Assembly (NCBI GenBank): GCA_964354355.1
Contig: CAYGZN010000002.1
Location: forward strand, 1 to 37,091
Direction: 5' to 3'
Origin: an uncultured Burkholderiaceae bacterium
GTDB lineage: Bacteria > Pseudomonadota > Gammaproteobacteria > Burkholderiales > Burkholderiaceae_E
DNA length: 37,091 bases
Within the stretch, counting starts at the first letter, position 1, and the number at the start of each line of letters is the position of its first letter. Both the position numbers and the translations under genes were made by a program. Of the stretch, positions 11,037-20,045 are shown one piece after another. The notes under the pieces are model-generated. The model saw only the letters and a program-made list of their open reading frames with translations, searched no databases and had not been told where the DNA came from.

Positions 11037-11038
<2 letters not shown>
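11007..11038 (+). terminator. Rho-independent terminator between the convergent PPIase gene and tadA
   Basis: ATCGCCCCGC-cccgc-GCGGGGCGAT forms a perfect 10-bp GC-rich stem with a 5-nt loop, followed by TTCGTTTC. It begins 21 nt after the PPIase stop. Confidence 0.7.
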
Positions 11039-11576
<538 letters not shown>

Positions 11577-12743
11577 CTAGTAGGATTTCGGCAGGCCCAG
11601 CACCCGCTCGGCAATGAAGCACATCACCAGCTGCGGACTGACCGGGGCGATGCGCCCGATCAGCGACTCGCGCAGGTACCGCTCGACGTGGTACTCCTTG
11701 GCGTAGCCGAAGCCCCCGTGCGTCATCACGGCCTGCTGGCAGGCGTCGAACCCCGCCTCCCCGGCCAGGTACTTGGCCGAGTTCGCCTCGGCCCCGCAGG
11801 GCCTGCCGCCGTCGTAGAGCCACGCGGCCTTGAAGACCATCAGGTTCGCCGCCTCCAGCGCCATCCAGTTCTGCGCGAGCGGGTGCTGGATAGCCTGGTT
11901 CTGGCCGATCGGCCGGTCGAAGACGACGCGCTCCTTCGCGTACTGCGTCGCGCGACGCAGCGCGCACAGGCCCAGCCCCACGGATTCGGCGGCGATCAGG
12001 ATCCGCTCGGGATTCATGCCGTGCAGGATGTACTCGAAGCCGCGCCCCTCGTCGCCGATGCGGTCGGCGACCGGAACCCGCATGCCGTCGAAGAACACCT
12101 GGTTCGAGTCGACACACGTGCGGCCCATCTTCTCGATCTCGCGCACCTCGACCCGGCTGCGGTCGAAATCCGTGTAGAACAGCGACAGCCCCTCGGCCGG
12201 CTTGCTGCACGCCTCGATGGGGGTGGTGCGGGCCAGCAGCAGGATCTTCTCGGCAATCTGCGCGGTCGAGATCCACACCTTCTGGCCGGACACGACGTAG
12301 TGATCGCCCTGCCGTTCGGCCTTGGTCTTGATGCGCGTCGTGTTCAGCCCGGTGTTGGGCTCGGTGACGGCGAAGCACGCCCGCTCGCGGCCGGCGATCA
12401 ATCCGGGCAGCATCCGCTGCTTCTGCGCGGCGCTGCCGAACACGACCACCGGGTTCAGGCCGAAGATGTTCATGTGGACCGCCGATGCGCCCGAGAATCC
12501 GGCTCCCGAGGCGGCGATGGTCTGCATCATGATGGCGGCTTCGGTGATCCCCAGGCCCGCGCCGCCGAACGCCTGCGGCATGGCGATGCCCAGCCAGCCG
12601 TCGCGCGCCAGCGCCTGGTGCAGTTCGCCCGGGAAGCCCCCCTCACGGTCCTTGCGGGACCAGTAGTCGTCGCCGAACTGCGCGCAGATCCTGCCGATCG
12701 CCTCGCGAATGGCGTCCTGCTCGGGTGAAAACGAAAAATCCAT
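11577..12743 (-). CDS. Acyl-CoA dehydrogenase
   Basis: 388 aa, starting MDFSFSPEQDAIRE. Family strings are CFAVTEPNTGLNTT, GQKVWIST and GGFGYAKEYHVERYLRE. It aligns without gaps to the 28909..30075 paralogue. Confidence 0.9.
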   Translation of the reverse strand: MDFSFSPEQDAIREAIGRICAQFGDDYWSRKDREGGFPGELHQALARDGWLGIAMPQAFGGAGLGITEAAIMMQTIAASGAGFSGASAVHMNIFGLNPVVVFGSAAQKQRMLPGLIAGRERACFAVTEPNTGLNTTRIKTKAERQGDHYVVSGQKVWISTAQIAEKILLLARTTPIEACSKPAEGLSLFYTDFDRSRVEVREIEKMGRTCVDSNQVFFDGMRVPVADRIGDEGRGFEYILHGMNPERILIAAESVGLGLCALRRATQYAKERVVFDRPIGQNQAIQHPLAQNWMALEAANLMVFKAAWLYDGGRPCGAEANSAKYLAGEAGFDACQQAVMTHGGFGYAKEYHVERYLRESLIGRIAPVSPQLVMCFIAERVLGLPKSY

Positions 12744-12871
12744 CGCTGCCCGCCTTGGTGCTCGATCCGGTTCGAAGCCGTGGACGTCGCGCCTGCCGAC
12801 GTCCGCCCGTCATTGTGCACGGCGCCGGGGCGACTGTGCGCGCCGCAGCGGATATCGGCGCGCGTGCGGGG

Positions 12872-13066
12872 CTACCCGGCCCGCTTGGCGGCGACTGCGA
12901 TCGCCTCGGAAAGCGTCGCGCGCTCGCCCACCTGGTTGGCGAGGATCAGCACGAGCTTGGCGTTCATCAGCGCGGCTTCCTCGTCGCTCAGGCCGCGCTG
13001 GCTGTCGATCAGTTCCTGGTAGAAGCCGTCGGGATCGGGGATGTTCGGAGTGTGGATCAGAGCCAT
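12872..13066 (-). CDS. Small (64 aa) hydrophilic protein, DUF2783-like, partner of the adjacent flavin monooxygenase
   Basis: The clean ORF reads MALIHTPNIPDPDGFYQELIDSQRGLSDEEAALMNAKLVLILANQVGERATLSEAIAVAAKRAG. Codon bias is good, and it starts 18 nt after the monooxygenase stop. The family assignment is from memory of this conserved neighbourhood and has not been verified. Confidence 0.65.
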   Translation of the reverse strand: MALIHTPNIPDPDGFYQELIDSQRGLSDEEAALMNAKLVLILANQVGERATLSEAIAVAAKRAG

Positions 13067-13084
13067 GGGCGCGGTGCTCCTCGT

Positions 13085-14716
13085 TCAGTGGCCGGTGGCC
13101 CTGCGAATGGCCGAGGCGACCTTGCCCGGCTCGAACTGCCGCCAGCGTGCCGCAACGTGCTGGTCCGGGCGCAGCAGGTAAACGGTGCCCGGTCGCCCAT
13201 CGTAGCGCGCGGCGAGCAGTCCCTGCGCGTCGACGATCGCGTCGCCGTCGCTGGCAGTCCCGGGCGGCACCACGGTCAGCACGCACGCGGTGATCGGTCC
13301 GGCCTCGACGGTCCGCGCGGGCGCATGCTCGCCGAAGGCCAGCACGGTGAAGCCGTTGCCGACCGTGTGCAGGAACCAGTCCGCCCTGCCCCCCCGCTCG
13401 ATCGGCGCATCGGCACAGTTCGTCCCGGGGCGCATGCGGCCGGTGAACTCGGACTCGTCCGCCGTGTTCAGCGACGAATTCAGGTAGGGCGTCGGCGTCG
13501 ACAGGCGACCGCTGTTGACCAGCGGCCGCGCAAAGGCCTCGTCCTCGGCGAGGCCGAGCACCGCGTCGCGAAACAGCAGGCTGCCCTTGCTCTTGGGCGT
13601 GATGAAGTCGGTCGAGCGCGTCGAGTTCAACAGGTTGTCGTCGGCAGCGAAGGCCCGCTCCTCGCTGTAGGAGTCGATCAGGCCCGTCGGCGCGCGGCCG
13701 TCCAGGACGAGCTTGAGCTTCCACGCCAGGTTGTCGATGTCCTGGACCCCGGTGTTCGCTCCGCGTGCGCCGAACGGCGAAACCTGGTGTGCGGCATCTC
13801 CGGCGAAGATCACCCGGCCATAGCGGAACCTGTCGATGCGCCGGCACGCGAACTGGTAGACCGACACCCATTCCAGCTCGAACTCCACGCCGGGCAGCAT
13901 CGCCTGGATGCGCGGAATCACGTTCTCGGGCTTCTTCGCCTCCGACGGGTCGGCCTGCCAGCCCAGCTGGAAGTCGATCCGCCACACGTTGTCGCACTGC
14001 TTGTGCAGCAGAACCGACTGCCCGCGATGGAACGGCGGATCGAACCAGAACCAGCGCTCGGTCGGGAAATCGGCCTTCATCACGACGTCGGCGATCAGGA
14101 ACCGGTCCTGGAAGAACTGGCCGGTGAACTCGGCGCCGACCATGTTGCGCACGTCGCTGTTGGCGCCGTCGCACGCGATCACCCAGTCGGCCTGCATGTG
14201 GAACACGCCGTCGGGCGTCTCCACGGTCAGCGTCGCCGAATCGGCGTCCTGCGCAAGGTTCAGCAGCTTGTGCTTCCAGCGCAGGTCGATCAGCGGATTC
14301 GCGCTGCAGCGCTCGACGAGGTACGACTCCAGGTAGTACTGCTGGAGGTTGATCATCGCGGGCATCTGGTGCCCCTGCTCGGGCAGCAGATCGAACTGGT
14401 AGACGAGGTCGTCCTTGAAGAAGACCTTGCCGCGCTTCCAGCTGACGCCCTTCTGGACCATTGGCGCCGCGCAGCCCAGGCGATCCCAGATCTCCAGGGG
14501 CCGCTTGGCGTAACAGACCGCACGCGAACCCACGCTGACGGTGTTGTTGTCGTCGATCACCACGACCGGGATGCCCCGGTACGCACAGTCGAGCGCCGCG
14601 GTGAGCCCGATGGGCCCGGCGCCCACCACGACCACCGGATGGCGCCGGGGCTTGCCGGTGCGTTGCTCGTCGGACTGCGCGTACGGGAATTCCGGGTAGG
14701 TGTAGGTCTGCAGCAT
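13085..14716 (-). CDS. FAD-dependent aromatic-ring monooxygenase (PheA/TfdB/MhpA-like)
   Basis: 543 aa. The dinucleotide motif is VVVVGAGPIGLTAAL, followed by CDGANSDVR and FAGDAAHQVSPFGARGANTGVQD. A C-terminal thioredoxin-like domain is present. Confidence 0.9.
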   Translation of the reverse strand: MLQTYTYPEFPYAQSDEQRTGKPRRHPVVVVGAGPIGLTAALDCAYRGIPVVVIDDNNTVSVGSRAVCYAKRPLEIWDRLGCAAPMVQKGVSWKRGKVFFKDDLVYQFDLLPEQGHQMPAMINLQQYYLESYLVERCSANPLIDLRWKHKLLNLAQDADSATLTVETPDGVFHMQADWVIACDGANSDVRNMVGAEFTGQFFQDRFLIADVVMKADFPTERWFWFDPPFHRGQSVLLHKQCDNVWRIDFQLGWQADPSEAKKPENVIPRIQAMLPGVEFELEWVSVYQFACRRIDRFRYGRVIFAGDAAHQVSPFGARGANTGVQDIDNLAWKLKLVLDGRAPTGLIDSYSEERAFAADDNLLNSTRSTDFITPKSKGSLLFRDAVLGLAEDEAFARPLVNSGRLSTPTPYLNSSLNTADESEFTGRMRPGTNCADAPIERGGRADWFLHTVGNGFTVLAFGEHAPARTVEAGPITACVLTVVPPGTASDGDAIVDAQGLLAARYDGRPGTVYLLRPDQHVAARWRQFEPGKVASAIRRATGH

Positions 14717-14749
14717 GCCCGCTCCTCGATCTGCGTGCCGCCCTGCCGG

Positions 14750-15298
14750 CTACTCGCCGGCCACGCCGGCCAGTTCCTGCGCGTGCAGCCAGGACGCATG
14801 GCGCGGGGCTTTCTTCGTCCGGCTCCACTCTTCGAGCATCGGCCACTTGACCGCGTCCAGCCGGGCTTGCATGTCCGGCGTGGCGGTGTCGGCGGCGAGT
14901 TCCAGCCGGTGTCCGTTCGGATCGAAGAAGTAGATCGATTTGAAGATCACGTGGTCCGTGACCCCGACGACCTCGATCCCGGCCGCCTCCAGTCGCTTCT
15001 TGGTCGTTTCCAGCTCGGCGACGCTGTCCACCTTGAACGCGATGTGCTGCACCCACGGCGGCGTGTTGGCGTCGCGGCCCATCTGCGGCGAGTTCGGCAG
15101 CTCGAAGAAAGCCAGCACGTTGCCGCCGCCCGCATCGAGGAACAGGTGCATGTACGGATCGGGCTCGTGGGTGGACGGCACGTGGTCTTCGGCAATCGCC
15201 AGGACGAAGTCCATGCCGAGGTGTGTGCGGTACCACTCGACCGTTTCCCTGGCGTCGCGGCAGCGGTAGGCGACGTGATGAATGCGCTGGATGCCCAT
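14750..15298 (-). CDS. VOC-family protein (glyoxalase/extradiol-dioxygenase fold)
   Basis: 182 aa. It starts MGIQRIHHVAYRCRDARETVEWY, with the second module reading VQHIAFKVDS...FFDPNGHRLEL. Confidence 0.8.
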   Translation of the reverse strand: MGIQRIHHVAYRCRDARETVEWYRTHLGMDFVLAIAEDHVPSTHEPDPYMHLFLDAGGGNVLAFFELPNSPQMGRDANTPPWVQHIAFKVDSVAELETTKKRLEAAGIEVVGVTDHVIFKSIYFFDPNGHRLELAADTATPDMQARLDAVKWPMLEEWSRTKKAPRHASWLHAQELAGVAGE

Positions 15299-15327
15299 GG
15301 TGTCCTGTCCTCCACGTAGGACTCGAA

Positions 15328-15376
15328 AGTATCATTTGCAACGAATCCTTGTCAAGACAGTTGCATTTGATACTAT
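15328..15376. promoter_or_regulatory. Divergent promoter pair with an inverted-repeat operator (candidate MarR site)
   Basis: This is an AT-rich island in the 118-bp VOC/marR intergenic region. The inverted repeat is AGTATCATTTGCAAC (15328..15342) and GTTGCATTTGATACT (15360..15374), with 13/15 complementary positions. The plus-strand promoter reads TTGTCA (15349..15354), 16 nt, then TACTAT (15371..15376). The minus strand reads TTGACA, 17-18 nt, then (A)TACTT(T). Confidence 0.5.
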
Positions 15377-15416
15377 TGGTGCCCGCCCCGCCGCCCGGGC
15401 CCCGCCGACTTCACGG

Positions 15417-15932
15417 ATGAACATGACCGCCACGGCATCGCACCCGAGCGCACGCACGGCGAGCACCACCGACACGCCACTGGAACTCGCCACGTTCTTC
15501 CCCTACCGGTTGGCCGTCCTGGCCGAAGCGGTGAGCCGCGCGGTCGCCAGGGTCTACGCCGAACGCTTCGACCTGTCGCGCGACGAGTGGCGGGTGCTCG
15601 CCGCCCTGGGCGAGGCGGGCGAGATGAAGACGCGCGATGCGATGCTCAGCACGACCCTGGACAAGGTGCAGGCGAGCCGCGCGATCGCCCGGCTGGAGGC
15701 CAAGGGACTGATCGCCCGCGTGGCGGACGCCGAGGACCGTCGCAACCGCATCCTGCGGCTCACCGCCGCCGGCAAGGCGCTGCATCGGCGCATCGTGCCG
15801 GTCGTCAAGGAGCGCGAGGCATTCCTGTTGCAGGCGCTGGCCGCTCCGCAGCGTGCGGCTCTGGACGAGGCCTTCGACCGCCTGCTGGAGCGTACGCGGG
15901 TCCTCGAGGCGGGTGACGACGACCGCGGCTAG
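15417..15932 (+). CDS. MarR-family transcriptional regulator
   Basis: ORF 15282..15932, trimmed to the ATG at 15417 (MNMTATASHPS). The longer form would overlap the VOC start and the promoter region. The winged-helix core reads DEWRVLAALGEAGEMKTRDAMLSTTLDKVQASRAIARLEAKGLIARV..DRRNRILRLTAAG. Confidence 0.85.
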   Translation: MNMTATASHPSARTASTTDTPLELATFFPYRLAVLAEAVSRAVARVYAERFDLSRDEWRVLAALGEAGEMKTRDAMLSTTLDKVQASRAIARLEAKGLIARVADAEDRRNRILRLTAAGKALHRRIVPVVKEREAFLLQALAAPQRAALDEAFDRLLERTRVLEAGDDDRG

Positions 15933-16089
15933 GCACTTCCCGCCCACGGGCGCCGTTCCGTCGCGAGGTCCCAGGCGCTGCCCCTGCGGCGGCTCGCATC
16001 CCTCGCGGCCCCGGCGACCCTGAGCCCTTCTGTATCATCCATCGGGCGGGCCTCGGCAGCCGCGTGGCGAAGCGAATCAGGAGAACGAC

Positions 16090-16890
16090 ATGACCCAGGA
16101 TCTGCTCGAAACCAACCAGGCCGGCATCGCCACCCTCACCATGAACCGGCCCGAATCGCGCAATGCCCTGACGCGCGACATGATGGTCGCGCTCTCCGAA
16201 GCCCTGCCCCGCCTGGCCGCCGACCCGACCGTGCGCCTGGTGGTGCTCACCGGAGCCGGCAACGCCTTCTGCGCAGGCGGCGACGTGAAGGGATTCGCAA
16301 AGAACGCCGCGGGCGCTTCACCCGCGGTCTCATTCGACCATCGGGTGACCGATCTGCGGGCCCGCATGGAGGTCAGCCGCTGGTTGCACGAGATGCCCAA
16401 GCCGACCCTGGCCGTGATACCCGGCCCGGCGGCCGGCGCCGGGCTGTCGCTGGCATTGGCGTGCGACCTGCGCATTGCCGCGGACGACGCCAAGCTCACG
16501 ACCGCTTTCTCGAAGGTCGGACTGTCAGGCGACTTCGGCGGCAGCTACTTCCTGAACCACCTGGTGGGCGCCGCCAGGGCACGTGAGATGTATTTCACCG
16601 GGCAGGTGCTGCGGGGCGACGAGGCCCAACGAATCGGTCTGGTCAACCGCTCGGTACCGTCCGCGCAGTTGGCCGAGGCCGCGCGGGCATGGTCCGCCGA
16701 ACTGGCGGCGCTGCCGACCGTCGCCATCGGCTACATGAAGCGCAATCTCAACACCGGACTGCGCGCCTCGCTGTCGGATGTGCTGGACGCCGAGGCGATC
16801 CACATGATCCGCACGTTCGAGACCGACGACCACAAGGGCGCGGCCGCCGCGTTCGTCGAGAAACGTGCGCCGCGGTTCGAGGGGCACTGA
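16090..16890 (+). CDS. Enoyl-CoA hydratase/isomerase (crotonase) family protein
   Basis: 266 aa. An AGGAGAA RBS lies 6 nt upstream. Family strings are LTMNRPESRNAL, LTGAGNAFCAGGD, and the C-terminal HKGAAAAFVEKRAPRF. Confidence 0.9.
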   Translation: MTQDLLETNQAGIATLTMNRPESRNALTRDMMVALSEALPRLAADPTVRLVVLTGAGNAFCAGGDVKGFAKNAAGASPAVSFDHRVTDLRARMEVSRWLHEMPKPTLAVIPGPAAGAGLSLALACDLRIAADDAKLTTAFSKVGLSGDFGGSYFLNHLVGAARAREMYFTGQVLRGDEAQRIGLVNRSVPSAQLAEAARAWSAELAALPTVAIGYMKRNLNTGLRASLSDVLDAEAIHMIRTFETDDHKGAAAAFVEKRAPRFEGH

Positions 16891-16899
16891 CGCATCGGA

Positions 16900-18123
16900 C
16901 TAGTGACTGCGCGTGCGCAACTGCCACAGCGATTGACCGGCCAGAGCACCGGCTGTGGTGACCGCGACGCCGACGACCGGCACCAGGACCGCCCAGCGAA
17001 CGCCCAATGCGCTCGCGCCAAGGCCCATGATCAGCGAACCGATCGGGTTGCCGCCCAAGGTCGCCAGCGAAAACGCCGCCATGACGCGCGACTGGTGGCT
17101 CGCGGGCGCCCGTTCCTGCAGGATCGTTCGCGACATCGACATCGCCACCCCGCCGCACATGCCCCAGAAGAAGATGCACAGGTAGAACACCCACTGGGGC
17201 GGCGCCGCGGCGATCGGCGACAGCGCGCAACAGCCCAGCAGCAGGGCCATCACCAGCGCGCGACCGGGAAACGCCAGTCCACCGATTCGCGTGAGAACCA
17301 CGATGCTGATCAGCGTGCCGAGCGCGAACACCATGAAGCCGAGCGCCATGTCCGGCGCACCGCCGGCGTACAGGTCGCGAATCGCCAACGGGATCAGCAC
17401 CACGTAGAACCCGCCGAAGAACACGCCCATGCCGAGTGCCAGCAGGAAAGTCGCCCGCATCGGGGGATCGGCACGGATCAATGCCAGCCCACCGCCCAAC
17501 GCCCGCCACAGCGGTTCGCGCTCCGGCCCGCCACGCGCCGGCGCCGGCTTCGCTGTCACCGCGGGCAGCCGACTGGCGGCAGGAATTCCGGCTGCGAGCA
17601 CCAGGCACTGCAGCAGCAGGATGGTGATCGAGCCCCAGTGCGCCGCCCTCCCGCCAAGCGCCTGGCCGATCATCTGCATGCCGAATTGCATGCCCATCGC
17701 CAGAGTGACCATTCGCTGCACGTTGTGGCCCGCGACCCGCGTCAGCAGCCCGTCGCGGGCCGGCATCGCAAAGGCGGTCACCAGTCCCCATGACAGGGCG
17801 TACAGCACCAGGTGTGTCTCGTTGAGTCGATTGCGCCACACGAGGAACGCGAGCACAAGCGGCATCAGCACCGCGGCAGCGTGCAGCCCCATCAGCAGGC
17901 GGCGCGGATCGACACGGTCGGCCAGCCAGCCACCAAACAGCAGAAACACCAGTATCGGCAGCTGGCCGATCATCTGCGTGATGCCGAAGCGCGCGGCCGG
18001 CTGGTTCAGTTCGATCGCCAGCAGATAGGGCAGGAGCACCATCTGGATGCCTGCCGGAATCATGAAGGTCGCAACACTCGCCAGATACCAGCCGGCGGGC
18101 TGGGCGCCGTCGGTGCTGCTCAT
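16900..18123 (-). CDS. MFS transporter
   Basis: 407 aa with about 12 hydrophobic segments. The MFS loop motif is GGWLADRVDPRR. Confidence 0.85.
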   Translation of the reverse strand: MSSTDGAQPAGWYLASVATFMIPAGIQMVLLPYLLAIELNQPAARFGITQMIGQLPILVFLLFGGWLADRVDPRRLLMGLHAAAVLMPLVLAFLVWRNRLNETHLVLYALSWGLVTAFAMPARDGLLTRVAGHNVQRMVTLAMGMQFGMQMIGQALGGRAAHWGSITILLLQCLVLAAGIPAASRLPAVTAKPAPARGGPEREPLWRALGGGLALIRADPPMRATFLLALGMGVFFGGFYVVLIPLAIRDLYAGGAPDMALGFMVFALGTLISIVVLTRIGGLAFPGRALVMALLLGCCALSPIAAAPPQWVFYLCIFFWGMCGGVAMSMSRTILQERAPASHQSRVMAAFSLATLGGNPIGSLIMGLGASALGVRWAVLVPVVGVAVTTAGALAGQSLWQLRTRSH

Positions 18124-18211
18124 CGGGACGGTCAGGCCGCCACCGAGCGGCTGATGCCCGTGCCCGAATCTGCCCGGATACTCGACCGCCTCATTGCGGC
18201 ACCGTGGACAA

Positions 18212-18844
18212 TCAGAGCGCCATCGACGGCCGCTGCGACATCGCGCTGCGCCAGCGCTGCAGGTGCGGGTGCTGCTCCCCAGGCCTGACCTTCACGACGC
18301 GGGCAAAGTCGACGGCCACCACGGCGGTGATGTCGGCAACGCTGAATCGATCGGCGGCGATGAAGTCGCGGCCGGCCAAGCGCTCGTTCAGCGTGACGAA
18401 AAACTGCTGCACCCTGGCCAGGCCGCGCGTGGCCAGCTCGGGGATCTGCGGATAGTCCACCGGCCCCGGCAGCGCCCGATTGGCCATTGCCGGTGCGCTG
18501 TTGCGCAACGCCTCGGCGATGGCCAGCAGTCCTTCGAACTCGATGCGCCAGTTCCAGCTCGCAATCTGTGCCTTCTCCAGCGGTGTGCTTCCCAGCAGGG
18601 GGGGCTCCGGAAAGCGGCCCTCGAGGTAAGCGGTGATCCCCGCGTTGTCGGTCAGCACCGTCCCCTCGTCGGTCCGCAGCGCCGGAACCGTGCATTGCGG
18701 GTTCACCTGTCGGTAGGCGTCGCCCAGTTGCTCGCCTTTGCGCAGGTCCACCTCGATCGTCTCGTGCCCGACGCCCTTTTCGGCAAGCAGGATGCGTGCG
18801 CGGCGCGGGCTCGGGGCTGTGGCGCAGTCGTAGAGGGTGATCAT
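18212..18844 (-). CDS. Glutathione S-transferase
   Basis: ORF 18212..19471, trimmed to the ATG at 18844 (MITLYDCATAPSPRRARILLAEKGV...). The upstream part is antisense junk overlapping yghU. The thioredoxin-like N-domain carries VPAL, and the C-domain carries FSVADIT. Confidence 0.85.
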   Translation of the reverse strand: MITLYDCATAPSPRRARILLAEKGVGHETIEVDLRKGEQLGDAYRQVNPQCTVPALRTDEGTVLTDNAGITAYLEGRFPEPPLLGSTPLEKAQIASWNWRIEFEGLLAIAEALRNSAPAMANRALPGPVDYPQIPELATRGLARVQQFFVTLNERLAGRDFIAADRFSVADITAVVAVDFARVVKVRPGEQHPHLQRWRSAMSQRPSMAL

Positions 18845-18875
18845 CGTCGGGCCTTCGTGGTCGGGCACACGGTGG

Positions 18876-19751
18876 TCAGCGCGCGGCGGCGAGCTTGTCC
18901 TGCGTGCGGGTATCGAAGTCGCCGGCGTCATGGCGCTCGTGCAGCTGACTGGATGGGTCGCCCCAGGTGCGATTGACCATTCGGCCACGCCGCACCGCCG
19001 GACGCTTTGCAATCTGGTCGGTCCAGCGTACGACGTTGGTGTATTCCTGGACCTGCAGGAACTCGCCGGCCTGGTACAGCTGGCCCTTGGCGAGGGTGCC
19101 GTACCAGGGCCAGACCGACATGTCGGCGACGGTGTAGTCGTCTCCCGCCAGATAGGGGCTCTGGCCAAGGCGCCGGTCGAGCACGTCGAGCTGGCGCTTG
19201 ACCTCCATCGCGTACCGATCGATCGCGTACTCGATCTTGGTGGGTGCGTACGCGTAGAAGTGCCCGAAGCCGCCCCCGAGGTAGGGCGCGCTGCCCATCT
19301 GCCAGAACAGCCACGACAGGCACTCGGCGCGCTCGTCGCGGCGCGGCGGAAGGAAGGCCTCGAACTTCTCGGCCAGGTACAGCAGGATCGCGCCCGACTC
19401 GAACACGCGCACCGGCGTCGGCTCGCTTCGATCCAGGAGCGCCGGGATCTTCGAGTTCGGGTTGACCGCAACGAAGCCGCTGCCGAACTGGTCGCCCTCG
19501 CTGATCCGGATCAGCCAGGCGTCGTACTCCGCACCGGCATGGCCCAGCGCCAGCAGTTCCTCCAGCATCACCGTGACCTTGACCCCGTTCGGGGTCGCCA
19601 GCGAATAGAGCTGCATCGGATGGCGGCCCACCGGCAGGTCCTTTTCGTGCGTCGAACCGGCGATCGGGCGGTTGATGTTCGCAAAGCGACCCCCGCCTTC
19701 CTTCTTCCAGGACCAGACGCTCGGTGGCGTGTAGGACGACGAATCATTCAT
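18876..19751 (-). CDS. yghU: Nu-class glutathione S-transferase / GSH-dependent disulfide-bond oxidoreductase (YghU-type)
   Basis: Trimmed to the ATG at 19751 (MNDSSSYTPPSVWSWKKEGGGRFANINRPIAGSTHEKDLPVGRHPMQLYSL...). It is collinear with my recollection of E. coli YghU along the whole length, including GGGFGHFYAYAP and QLHERHDA. Confidence 0.9.
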   Translation of the reverse strand: MNDSSSYTPPSVWSWKKEGGGRFANINRPIAGSTHEKDLPVGRHPMQLYSLATPNGVKVTVMLEELLALGHAGAEYDAWLIRISEGDQFGSGFVAVNPNSKIPALLDRSEPTPVRVFESGAILLYLAEKFEAFLPPRRDERAECLSWLFWQMGSAPYLGGGFGHFYAYAPTKIEYAIDRYAMEVKRQLDVLDRRLGQSPYLAGDDYTVADMSVWPWYGTLAKGQLYQAGEFLQVQEYTNVVRWTDQIAKRPAVRRGRMVNRTWGDPSSQLHERHDAGDFDTRTQDKLAAAR

Positions 19752-19854
19752 GCAGTGATCTCCTGTCCGGCAGTCGCAGCGCACGTGACATGCGCGGCCC
19801 TGGCACGGAACCGTTTCCACAGAAGCCGCGCATCGCCCGTCCCCGTGAAAGATT

Positions 19855-19873
19855 GACCCGCCGGCGGCGGGTC
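19855..19873 (-). terminator. Possible terminator hairpin downstream of the Ca2+/H+ antiporter gene
   Basis: GACCCGCC-ggc-GGCGGGTC forms a perfect 8-bp stem. On the minus strand it is followed by AATCTTTCAC. It lies about 170 nt after the antiporter stop, so the assignment is tentative. Confidence 0.3.
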
Positions 19874-20045
19874 TGCCCTGCCCTATTCTGACAGAGCGCT
19901 TCGGTTGCGGACAGGCCCCGGCGTCGCGGGTTCGACGCGGTCGACAACCGTGTGTCGAGATCGATGGAGCTCGAGCAGCGAGAGCCAGCCTCGAGCACGA
20001 GCCTCGCCCGACCTTCGTGCGCCTGCAGGACGATGGCGCGCGACG

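Noticed and set aside
12782-12804. The hairpin GGACGTCG-cgcctgc-CGACGTCC between the 64-aa gene and the acyl-CoA dehydrogenase, as a possible terminator or attenuator.
   Set aside because: It has a perfect 8-bp stem but no U-tract on the transcribed (minus) strand, so I cannot distinguish it from chance GC-rich symmetry.
19801-19818. TGGCACGGAACCGTTTCC, which resembles the -24 element of a sigma-54 promoter.
   Set aside because: The -12 element (TTGC at the correct 4-5 nt spacing) is absent, because CGTT appears instead. On this strand no gene lies downstream, since the next genes are on the minus strand.
19900-19950. GTCGCGGGTTCGACGCGG, reminiscent of a tRNA T-arm (GGTTCGA) and so a possible tRNA or att-site remnant.
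   Set aside because: I could not fold the flanks into an acceptor stem, anticodon arm or D-arm. The stem around the loop is only 4-5 bp and needs a G-U pair. No integrase or repeat partner is visible.
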